Below, in pieces: positions 1 through 11,439 of a stretch of DNA of 64,000 bases. The translations under genes were made by a program, and so were the position numbers. Under the pieces are notes generated by a model. It was not told the DNA's origin, ran no database searches, and saw only the letters and a program-made list of their open reading frames with translations. This DNA is from Octopus sinensis. Taxonomy: Eukaryota. How positions within the stretch are numbered: the first letter of the stretch is position 1; the number at the start of each line of letters is the position of its first letter. Location of the stretch: contig NC_043026.1 in the NCBI RefSeq assembly GCF_006345805.1, positions 7,936,001-8,000,000 on the forward strand, written 5' to 3'.

Positions 1-2361
1 AATGACGTTAAATGAGATGACCTTAAATAACGTTAAATGACATGACCTTAAATGACCTTAATTATCGTTAACTAACATGACGCTAAATGACGTTAAATAA
101 ATTTAAAAGACATGACGTTAAATGACATGACGTTAAATGACGTTAATTGACGTTAAATGACATGACGTTAAATGACGTTAAATGATATGACGTTGAATGA
201 CATGACGTTAAATGACGTTAAATGATATGACGTTGAATGACATGACGTTCTATGACATGACGTTAAATGAGTTTAAATTACATGACGTAGAAGGATGTTA
301 AATGACATTAAGTTAAATGATGTTGAATGACGTTAAATGACATGACGTTAAATGACAAGAGGTTAAATGACATGACGTTAAATGACGTTAAATGATGTTA
401 AATGACCTGACGTTAAATGACGTTAAATGATGTTAAATGACGGTAAATGACATGACGTTAAATGACGTTAAATGACATCGTTAGATGAATTTAAATGACA
501 GAACGTTAAATGACAAGCCGTTAAATGACATGACGCGAAATGACTTTAAATTACGTTACCTAACATAACGCTAACTGCAAGTAAATGACGTGACGTTAAA
601 TGACGTTAAATAATGTTAAATGACACGTTGTTAAATGACGTTACATGACACGACGTTAAATGACGTTAAATGATATGACGTTAAATGACGTTAAATGACA
701 TGACGTTAAATGTCGTTAAATGACGTTAAATAACATGACGCTAAATGACGTGAAATGATATGACGTTATATGACGTTAAATAACGTTAAATGACATGACA
801 TTAAATGTCGTTTAATGACATGACGTTAAATGACATGACGTGAAATGACGTTAAATGACATGACCTGAAATGGCGTTAAATGAAGTTAAATGACATGACG
901 TTAAATGACGTTAAATAACGTTAAATGACATGACGTTAAATGAAATGTCATGACGTTAAATGACGTTAAATGAAATGACATGACGTTAAATGAGTTTAAA
1001 TGACATGACGTTAAATGAGTTTAAATGACATGACGTTAAATGACGTTAAATGAAGTTAAATGACATGTCGTTAATTAACGTTAAATGACATGACGTTGAA
1101 TGACATTAAATGACATGACGTTAAATGACTTTAAATGATATGACGCTAAACGACGTTAAATGAGGTTAAATTACGTTAAATGACACGACGTTGAATGACG
1201 TTAAATGACGTTAAATGACATGACGTTAAATGACGTTAAACTACCTGAAATGACATGATGTTAAATGACGTAAAATGACCTTACATTACATGACGTTAAA
1301 TGACGTTAAATGACATGACGTTAAATGAAGTTAAATGACATGACGTTAAATGGCGTTAAATGACATGTTGTTAAATTACGTTAAATGACATGACGTTAAA
1401 TGACGTTAAATAACGTTAAATGACATGACGTTAAATGACATGACGTTAAATGACGCTAAATGACGTTAAATGACATGGCGTTAAATGACGTTAAATTACC
1501 TGAAATGACATGACGTTAAATGACGTTAAATGACATGACATTAAATGAGTTTAAATGACATGACGTTAAACGACGTTAAATGACGTTAAATGAAGTTAAA
1601 TGACATGAGGTTAAGTGACATGTCGTTAATTGACGTTAAATGACATGACGTTCAATGACATTAAATGACATGACGTTAAATGACACGACGTTGAATGACG
1701 TTAAATGACATCACGTTTTATGACGCCAAATGTCGTTAAATGACATGACGTTAAATGACGTTAATTGACAAGACGTTAAATGACGTTAATAGACATGACG
1801 TTAAATGACGTTAAATGTCATGACGTTTAATGACATGACGTTAAATTACTTTAAATGACGTTATATGACGTTAAATGGCGTTAAATGACGTTAAATGAAA
1901 TGATGTTTAATGTCGTTAAATAACATGACTTTAAATGACGTTATTGACGTTAAAGGACATGACGTGAATTGACATGACGTTAAAACACCTTTAATGACAT
2001 GATGTTAAATGTCGTTAAATGACATGACGCTAAATGACGTTAAATGACATGACGTTAAATGACATGACGTTAAATGACATGACGTTATATGACGTTAAAT
2101 GACCTTAAATGACATGACGTTAAATGTCGTTAAATGACATGACGTTAAATGACGTTAATTGACGCTAAATGACATGAAGTTAAATGACTTTAAATTACAT
2201 GACGTTAATGACGTTAATTGACGTTAAATGACATGACGTTAAATGCCGTTAAATGACTTTAGATGACGTTAAACGACATGACGTTAAATGACTTTAAATG
2301 ACATTACGTTAAATGACGTTAAAGGACATGCGCTAAATGACGTTAAATGACGTTCAATGAC
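1..2361. repeat. Satellite array built from 5-bp modules (AAATG/ACATG/ACGTT) giving 10- and 15-bp units; runs off the left edge of the window
   Basis: Continuous AAATGACGTT and AAATGACATGACGTT units with scattered substitutions, ending near 2361. Confidence 0.95.
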
Positions 2362-2532
2362 ACCACTGGAAAATATGAAAGCTAAAAGAGGCAGCACACA
2401 TGCTAGGACATAATAACCTCCTAAGCAAACCTAGTTTATTTGTGATTAGCATATGGGAACCTGTATTAAGGAAGAATAAGAAAACTTTAGATTTATAAAC
2501 CCTAAAATTTACTTCATAGTTGTCCACAGGCA

Positions 2533-2745
2533 TATGACGTAGTGGTTAAGAACGTGGGCTACAAACCCAAAGATTATGAGTCTGATTCCAGTCAGCGACC
2601 TGAATAATAAAAATAACAATAACATCGGAAAATTACCGTAGGAATGAGAACCCAAGTTTGAAATTCCCCCAGGACACCTGATGAAGGCTGGAGAGTACAT
2701 CAGCTGAAACGTGTTAACAACAAACAAGATGAGGAGGAAAATGTA
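2533..2745 (+). mobile_element. tRNA-derived SINE-like element with a hammerhead-like (Penelope-type) 3' portion
   Basis: A-box-like TAGTGGTTAAG and a degenerate B box at the 5' end; CTGATGA-A-GGCTG...CAGCT-GAAACG at 2678-2711. Confidence 0.5.
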
Positions 2746-2930
2746 CATAATTCCTTATCTCTCAAGTATAGAACTGAGTTATAAATTTATTCAACATATT
2801 CCCTGCTCAGATTCGCACGCTTATTGCAGTGGTCTCTTAGTTTTTTTAAGTCCTGTAAAAGAACTCGACCAGGTCTTTCATGAAACCCCTAAAGTGAAGA
2901 AATTTCCAGCTCCTGCTTGTGTGTGTGTGG

Positions 2931-2972
<42 letters not shown>

Positions 2973-3231
2973 CAGAAATGGCAAGAAATTAATGTATATT
3001 ATTCGTGCGAGTTTACACATGTTTCTAATAAGGTTGAAGGAGCACAGTTCCCTAGTCTGATGCCATAATTGATTGATTGAATAAAGTAGTGAATAGGCTT
3101 TCTCCATTTATCTTCATCGGAGCTGAAATCCTTTTAGTTGCAATGAAAGATATGTGAGCAACATAATATATATGAATGCTTACACTTAGCTTCATGCTTT
3201 TGCTTGGTAGGGCTGGAGTCATCTCAGGTTA

Positions 3232-3784
3232 ATGGTCTTAGAGAGGTCATTGTGCATAGATCTGACCAGGTCCACTGATGCTTCCCATCCCTGGCAACCC
3301 TGTACCAGTGCCTCTGCATCACCAAGATTATATCAAACCTCTGGAGATCATCGTTTATCATGTTCAGCCATCTGGTGCAGGGCTTGCCATGGGGCCCCTT
3401 CCAGCCTGTAGCTGAATGGTCTTAGGGAGGTCATCGTGCATAGAGCTGATCAGGTCCAATAATGCTTTCCATCCCTGGCAACCCTGTACCAGTGCCTCTG
3501 CATCACCCAAGATTATATCAAACCTCTGGAGATCATCGTTTATCATGTTCAGCCATTGGTGCAGGGCTTGCCATGGGACTCCTTCTAGCCTGTAGCTGAA
3601 TGGTCTTAGGGAGGTCATCATGCATAGAGCTGACCAGGTCCAATGATGCTTCCCATCCCTGGCAACTCTGTACCAGTGCCTCTGCATCACCCAAGATTAT
3701 ATCAAACTTCTGGAGATCATCGTTTATCATGCTCAGCCATCTGGTGCAGGGCTTGCCATGGGCCCCTTCCAGCCTGTAGCTGCT
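3232..3784 (-). repeat. Three tandem copies of a 184-bp unit, probably derived from the C-terminal end of an RTE-type LINE ORF
   Basis: GCATAGA recurs at 3254, 3438 and 3622; the minus strand reads WLNMINDDLQRFDIILGDAEALVQGCQGWKALL, similar to RTE ORF ends. Confidence 0.75.
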
Positions 3785-3974
3785 GTGTCAAATGAGAGTG
3801 AGGCCCTGGTAGACTCCCTGGCAAGAAGAAGACAGTGTGTTTATATTTACACATATTTGTATATATGTGTGTGTGTGTGTGTAATTACACATAAAAATGC
3901 ATGTGTACATATCTGTGTTGTATCTTTGAAGATGGTCTCTGGGCATTTTCAGTCTTTATTGAACCAGAGCATCT

Positions 3975-5071
3975 GCCACATACAAAACTTATCTTCCTAG
4001 TTAGCCTTCTTTTGACATTGCTGCACCTCTTATGTGTCCATAGCTTACACTTGGTGCATCTTATAGAGTTCCTACCTACGAATTTTCTACAGATCGAGCA
4101 GGGCCATCTACCTGAAGGGGTTAAGATTTGTCTACCTTCCTACTTATTAGGACTTTGGTTTTAGCTAGATTGACTCTAAGGCCCTTCGATTCTAATCCTT
4201 GCTTCCACGCCTGAAACTTCTCCTCGAGTTCTGATAGTGATTCAGCAATTAGAGCAAGGTCGTCAGCATAGAGGAGCTCCCTGGGGCATCCTGTCTTGAA
4301 TTCCTCCGTTATTGCCTGGAGGACTATGATAAATAGGAAGGGGCTGAGGACTGAGCCTTGGTGGACCCCAACCTCCACCCGGAATTCTTCACTGTACTCG
4401 TTGCCAACCCTCACCTTACTAACAGCGTCTCTGTACATGGCACGCACAGCTCTCACTAACCATTCATCTATCCCTAGTTCCTCATTGACCACCAGATAAA
4501 GGATCGGGGGACCCTGTCAAAGGCTTTCTCCAAGTCAACGAAAGCCAGGTACAGAGTTTTATCTTTGGCTAGGTATTTCTCCTGCAGCTGTCTCACCAGA
4601 AATATGGCATCAGTGGTGCTTTTCCCTGGCACGAAACCAAACTGCATCTCGTCTAGGTTGACTCTCTCTCTAATCAGTTGGGCTATGACCCTTTCCGTAA
4701 CCTTCATTACCTGATCCAACAGCTTAATACCTCTGTAATTACTTGTATCTAGGGCGTCACCTTTACTTTTGTAGCAGTTGACTATTATGCTACTACACCA
4801 GTCATTGGGTATGACTCCTTCGTGTATCACCTGGTTAACTATACGGGTGACTAGGCTATAGCCGACACTGCCAGATATTTTGAGCATCTCAGCAGTAATT
4901 CCTGATGGGCCTGGGGCTTTCCCTGTCTTCATGCTTCCAATTGCCTTAACTACCATGGAACTGTCAACTCGGATAGCTGGTCCCTCTATTGGGTCGACAT
5001 TCGGCAGACTCTCTTTATCCCATTCATTCTCTTTGTTGAGCAACCTTTCATAGTGGCATCTCCAAACCTCT
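3975..5071 (-). mobile_element. RTE-clade LINE fragment (reverse transcriptase domain, frameshifted, 5'-truncated)
   Basis: ORFs 4474-5124 and 4121-4492 contain YRGIKLL, QFGFVPGKST, FVDLEKAFDRVPR, GVHQGSVLSP and LLYADDL; same family as 44180-48030. Confidence 0.95.
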
Positions 5072-5500
<429 letters not shown>

Positions 5501-5834
5501 CACCATCGAGACCAGGAGGGGCATAGTAACGTTTATTCTTAAGGTGGCATTGCTGGTGTAAATTTCATAGTAGTGTAGTGACGTCATTCTTCAGTGTGCG
5601 TGTGCGGGGTTGGAACCTTCTGGAAAGGCCTAAGGAGTTCCCTCATGCACATGGGAAAAAATTCTATCGCGTTCCTTGTTAGCGTCGGTGACTTGAGACA
5701 CGGCTATTGAAGAGAGAAGACGTGTTTAACGTGTTACCAGCCTATGCTCCTGTCCCAGACGCTTGGGATTTGACCGGCTCTGTTGCTGCTGGAGTTTTTG
5801 TGAGATTTATCTTTACAAATGTTTAACTTCAGTC

Positions 5835-6345
5835 TTGCTGTACCTACACCAAGTGGTTACCAATTTACCAGCGTGCCTTCTTTATGTAAATAACGAAATA
5901 AAGTGTCATATTTTCTAATGTTGCTTTCTTGTTCCTAACGCCGGTAGTTTTTGGAAACAAAGAAGGAAATTGTGTTGCATCCAAACAGTGCAAAAGACAC
6001 AACCTGTTCCAGACAGTTCTTTTACAGTAGTTATAGAGTCCGGTGTCAGAGGTGATGGAGATGGAACCTTTTAATCTTCGACAGTAAAGATGCCTGCATA
6101 GCATCCGACAATGATTTCTGTACATTCTTTGGGATTGTCAGTAATCTGGCCTGTGTGGGGATTGCGAAGGGGGCTAATTGGAGAGTGATGTCTCTGCTTT
6201 GAATGTACATGCTTCCAGAACACTTTGCTGTCAGGGCTGGTTGCTATGCGCTGTTCGAATTCAAGCACTGCCTTTTTTGTCACCTGCTTGAGATGGTTGG
6301 ATGATCTATTGCGCTTTTTCCTGTTGATCTCTGATTTGTGCATTT
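5835..6345 (-). mobile_element. CR1-group LINE fragment (endonuclease-RT linker region)
   Basis: ORF 6071-6343 KAVLEFEQRIATSPDSKVFWKHVHSK...QITDNPKECTEII resembles the CR1-type linker. Confidence 0.65.
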
Positions 6346-6700
6346 TGTATTCCTGTTCAGCATTACGACGTACCCATCCGTACCGTAGTACAAAGGTTTA
6401 AAAAAAAGACGTGAAGATATAGCACACTTGTTAGGGAGATATATAAGGTGTTTTATTTTTTGGTGGTTAACTGTTCCCGCTTTTCTCATTGTAGTATGTG
6501 TGTATACAAAAAGATACAATTATATATATATATATAATCAAGAGATGTAAGGAGTTGTAGCGTGCCAGTTTCAGCCATTTTGAAATATGACTATAGCGAT
6601 TTCTAATATCTTCACTGTGTGAAAGGCAAGGCAGAAATGATCTCGTTTGAGGTTACAACCATCTTTGGCCAACTTGTTCTTGTTCTAAACACTAACTTGA

Positions 6701-6936
6701 TTGGTCGACAGGTGACACTAGTGGTCTCTGCGTGTTTCGCGCCACTGGTCGACATGTGACACGAGGGTCTCTACATAGTCCGCGCCACTGGTTGACACGT
6801 GACGCGAGTTGTCTCGACTTGTTTCGCGCCGCAGTCGCGAATCAACCAATCAAGACTTTCGGTTAAAATTCCATTTCTGAAGTTCGGTGAACCAACCAAA
6901 CAGTATATAAAGCAGGGTTCACAGACACTTTTGTCT
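6701..6936 (+). promoter_or_regulatory. CpG-rich promoter-like segment: three 43-44-bp tandem units each with an E-box, then CCAAT and TATA boxes
   Basis: Units start near 6702, 6746 and 6789 and carry CAGGTG, CATGTG and CACGTG; CCAAT at 6846; TATATAAA at 6904; sequence then enters the gap. Confidence 0.45.
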
Positions 6937-7036
6937 NNNNNNNNNNNNNNNNNNNNNNNNNNNNNNNNNNNNNNNNNNNNNNNNNNNNNNNNNNNNNNNN
7001 NNNNNNNNNNNNNNNNNNNNNNNNNNNNNNNNNNNN
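6937..7036. other. Assembly gap (100 N)
   Basis: Run of n. Confidence 1.
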
Positions 7037-7091
7037 ATATGGCTTCATCGAATCCTGTAGAGACTTCTTTTGTCATATATATATATCAGTA

Positions 7092-7282
7092 CAGTTTTTC
7101 AACCAGTATTCCGCGGAACCTTAGGGTTTCGCAAGAAGTTAAAAGCTGCTAATCGGCAGTAATTTTTTAATTCTCTGTGCAGATATGTGTGCATAAGACT
7201 ATTAAATATTGCACAGGGGTTCCTCGAGCCAGTGGAATGTTTCCTTGGGGTTCCGCTCCAGCAAAAGGGTTGAAAAGCACTG
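7092..7282. mobile_element. Small hAT/Charlie-like MITE remnant
   Basis: Imperfect terminal inverted repeats CAGTTTTTCAACC ... GGTTGAAAAGCACTG; right flank CTCTAGAG; left TSD does not match. Confidence 0.4.
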
Positions 7283-7366
7283 CTCTAGAGAGACTGCCTT
7301 TTTACCCACACAGAAAAGAATAAATTCATCAATTTCTCTATTCTCTTTTATTATAAATTCATTCGA

Positions 7367-8500
7367 CATTATCATCATCATTCAACGTCTGCTTTCTATG
7401 CTGGCATGGGTTGGACGGTTTGACTAACTGCTGTTTTCTACTGTTCTAAGTAAAAGCAAGCAGAACTGCATACTCCATTGTATACCACTTCTCCTTCTCC
7501 TCACAACCCAGAATCTTTCCACTTTTTATCCATCTTCCTTTCTTAATACTGTCCTCTCCACTCATTCGTTGCATTGATCACCCTTCTGAGTCACCCAATT
7601 ATCTCCCCTCCACCATCATATAGCTCTCACTCTCTCTTGCTTCATTCTCTATACCTTCCCCACATTCTTACAATCTCCCTAACAACACAGCACCTCTTCT
7701 TCTTCTTCCTCACTCTTTCTCCCATCCCTTCTTCCTTACCATAGCTACGATAATTATTCCACCCCTTTCATGTCCCCTGCATTCAATGCCCCTGTCTCAC
7801 TGCCATGCAGCATCACACTTCTGACACAAGCATCCCACAATCTACCCTTAACTCTGAGAGAAAAGACCATTGTTGTCAGCCGTGGTAGGAGCTCTCTGAA
7901 TGTTTTCAGATCTGTTCTTACCCAGGCTTCAGTACATTCACAGCAACACCCTGCCCTACTGGTAACACCTCCTGGGTAACATAAACTATCAACTATTAGT
8001 GAGTCAACAGCTTTTGAGAGAACCTATTTCTGGTCTGTTCAGAGAGGGCACAGCTTCAGGGCATCAATCACATACAGAGCCTACTTCCTCCCTTTCTAAT
8101 GCTGTGAGTCCACTACATCTTTCTTGTGTCCATAGCTTATATTGTGTACAGCATATACAGTTTACGCCTCATCCGTTTCAGCATTTCAAACGAGTTCGTT
8201 CGCCCGAAGGTACCAGGTTCCTGCCTTCTTTCCTGCTTATTGAAACCTTAGTCTTTGTCGAAGTTGATCTTGACATCTCTCCATTCCAGGTTTAGCTTCC
8301 ATGCCTGAAATTTTCCTCTCTCATTCCCCGAAAGATTCAGCTGTGAGGATTCGATCCCCAGCCAATAAGGGTTCTCATCGACTGCCAATAAAGGTTCTCA
8401 TCGACTGCCAATCTCAACCTCGTCTGTGACAGCTTGTAGCTCTACGATGAATGGGAAGGGGCTGAGGATTGAACCCCGATCGACTCTTGCATGTAGGACT
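7367..8500 (-). mobile_element. Decayed RTE LINE 3' portion with (GAT)n tail
   Basis: Minus strand has FSLRVKGRLWDACVRSVMLHGSET-like remnants; the CATCAT-TCAACGTC...ATGCTGGCATGGGTTGGACGG tail is shared with other RTE copies. Confidence 0.75.
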
Positions 8501-8502
8501 CA

Positions 8503-8504
8503 TG

Positions 8505-8537
<33 letters not shown>

Positions 8538-8745
8538 TTGGTGTCCGTTGTCCATGCTGGCATGGGTTGGGTCGTTTGACCGGAGACGGCAAGCTGGAAG
8601 GCTGCACCAGATTCCGGTTTGATTTGGCATGGTTTTCTACGGCTGGATGCCCTTCCTAATGCCAACCACTCCGAGAGTGTAGTGGGTGCTTTTTATGTGC
8701 CACCGGCACGAGTGCCATTTGCATGATGCCAGAGTCTGCCATAAC
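8503..8745 (-). mobile_element. RTE 3' UTR/tail-only copy
   Basis: (CAT)n followed by CCATGCTGGCATGGGTTGG...GGCTGGATGCCCTTCCTAATGCCAACCACTCC, matching 44180-44400. Confidence 0.85.
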
Positions 8746-8749
8746 TGCA

Positions 8750-9562
8750 ATGTGTGTGTGTGTGGGGGGTGTATGTGTTGTGTGTGTGTATGTGAGTGTG
8801 TGTGTGTGTATGTATGTGTGTGTGTATGTATGTGTGTATGTGTATGTGTGTGTGTATGTGTGTGTATGTATGTGTGTATATGTGTGTGTGTATGTGTGTG
8901 TATATGTGTGTGTGTGCATGTGTGTGTATGTGTGTGTGTATGTGTGTGTATGTGTATGTATGTGTATGTGTGTGTGTATGTGTGTGTGTATGTGTTTGTG
9001 TGTATGTGTGTGTGCATGTGTGTGTATGTGTGTGTGTATGTGTGTGTGTGTGTGCCATAACATGCTTGAAAAATCAGTGTAATGAAAAAAAATAGACGTG
9101 AAGCCATATTTGAAGATGTTGATGATGATGTTGATGATGATGATGATGGTGCTGGTGGTGGCAAGGATGATGCTGACAATGATGATGGTGATGACGACGA
9201 CGACGACGATGACGATTATGATGATGATTATGATTATGATGACGATAATGTATTTGTGTGTGAGGAGTGCCATACTACGTTTCAAAAAGACCCACTGAGT
9301 TATAAAAGCGAAACAGAAATCGCAGAGAAGTGAAGCCGCATATTTCTAAAGAGTGTTGGTCATTGTTGGAGGAGAGAGAAAGCAGCAAGAACACAAGAAA
9401 GCGAAATGTCAGGAGCAGACGTGTTTTTAGGAATCGTTGGCTAATGTTTAGCTGGGAAATGTTAAAAAAACAAGTTAACAGGTATCAATGGCTTGGCTGG
9501 TCCCATTGTGGCCAGATCCAGTTACAATACACACTAACATGTATATAGATGTATATATGATG

Positions 9563-9593
<31 letters not shown>

Positions 9594-9798
9594 CATACAT
9601 ACAAACACACATATACACATACACACACACATATATGTATATATATCTATATCCATCTATCAATCTATATATACACAATATATATATATATATATATATA
9701 ATATATATATATATATACATACATTATATGCACACACCACACACACACACACACATATATATATTATATAATACATGTATGTATATATGTATTATATG

Positions 9799-9839
<41 letters not shown>

Positions 9840-9914
9840 AGACATATGCATGAATATACATAAGTACATATACATGCATATATACATATATATATATATA
9901 TGTATGTATATATA

Positions 9915-9945
<31 letters not shown>

Positions 9946-10072
9946 GTATATATATATTGTATATATTATTTTATATTATGTGTATAATATATATATATGT
10001 ATACACACACACACACACACACATTATATATATATATATTATATATATATATGTATATATACATGTATAATA

Positions 10073-10103
<31 letters not shown>

Positions 10104-10200
10104 GTGTGTGTGTGGAAATATATATATGTATATGTATGTATGCATGTATGTATGTATATATGCGTATGTGTGTGTAGATGTAGATAGCATGTATATGTAT
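8750..10200. repeat. Microsatellite block: (GT/GTAT)n, (GAT)n, (TA)n, (CA)n
   Basis: Simple repeats visible directly. Confidence 0.9.
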
Positions 10201-10416
10201 TTAAAGAAAAAAAAACAGAAGAAGGAAGAAGGAAAAAGAGTGACGGATGGTGGCTCTCTGATTGTGTACCACCCAAAAGCTGACATTGAAACAAAATACT
10301 AACCAGGACAAACGTTGGGGTGGAGGAAGGGGTGGGCAGTGAGGGGCGGGGGGGGGGGAGAGAGAAATATTTCACAGAAGTAAATTTAATATAAAAACTA
10401 CAATTTTCGGGTTTCT

Positions 10417-10447
<31 letters not shown>

Positions 10448-11090
10448 GCGAGGGGGTTGGGGGTTGGGGTTGGAATGCAGAATGGAGGACAAATGCATTC
10501 TGACTGAAATTCGTGGGTAGAAAAATGTGCCAGAGATTCCCATGTGCCATCTCTTGTTTGCCTCCTGTTTCAGTCATCATATATATATATATGTGTGTGT
10601 GGAAATATATATATGTATATGTATGTATGCATGTATGTATGTATATATGCATATGTGTGTGTAGATGTAGATATGCATGTATATGTATTTAAAGAAAAAA
10701 AACAGAAGAAGGAAGAAGGAAAAAGAGTGACGGATGGTGGCTCTCTTGATTGTGTACCACCCAAAAGCTGACATTGAAACAAAATATCTACCAGGAACAA
10801 ACGTTGGGGTGGAGGAAGGGGTGTGTAGTGAGGGGGGGGGGGGGCGGGGGGGGGGGGGGGAGAAATATTTCACAGAAGTAAATTTAATATAAAAACTACA
10901 ATTTTCGGGTTTCTGAGTGTGTGTGTGTGTGTGTGTGTGTGTGGCGAGGGGGTTGGGGGTTGGGGTTGGAAATGCAGAATGGAGGACAAATGCATTCTGA
11001 CTGAAATTCGTGGGTAGAAAAGTGTGCCAGAGATTCCCATGTGCCATCTCTTGTTTGCCTCCTGTTTCAGTCATCATATATATATATATA
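10090..11090. repeat. Near-identical direct tandem duplication, period about 487 bp
   Basis: GGAAATATAT...GTCATCATATAT block present twice (starts near 10114 and 10601); differences are mainly small indels. Confidence 0.9.
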
Positions 11091-11094
11091 CTTA

Positions 11095-11385
11095 AAAATG
11101 TTTCAGTCCGAAGGTCGCGGCCATGCTGGGGCACCACCACTGAATGAGCTACACTAATATGTGAATCCACCTCTGATACGTGGCACTTGGTCAACAAGGG
11201 AGTTCGATGCCGCTGCCCGCACCTGTGTCTCCTGTCGTGAGGTAGGTTCATCTGGGACCCCCAACAAGAAGAGCTTCAGTTTAGTTTTAAAGAAACCCAC
11301 ATCCACACCATGTAAGTCTCTCAGGCATTTAGGGAGGATGTTGAAGAGCTGTGGTCCTCTGAAACCCAAGCTGTTGCAGTATATG
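11095..11385 (-). mobile_element. Short 5'-truncated CR1-group LINE 3' end
   Basis: Matches 11440-11720 with several substitutions; encodes GVPDEP...RAAASNSL. Confidence 0.85.
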
Positions 11386-11439
11386 TATAATATATATATA
11401 TATGTATAATATATATATATATATCCTTAAATCCTTAAA

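Noticed and set aside
8637-10800. Numerous long His/Thr/Tyr/Ile/Cys/Val-rich ORFs
   Set aside because: Translations of (CA)n, (TA)n and (GAT)n microsatellites; the same applies to similar ORFs throughout the window
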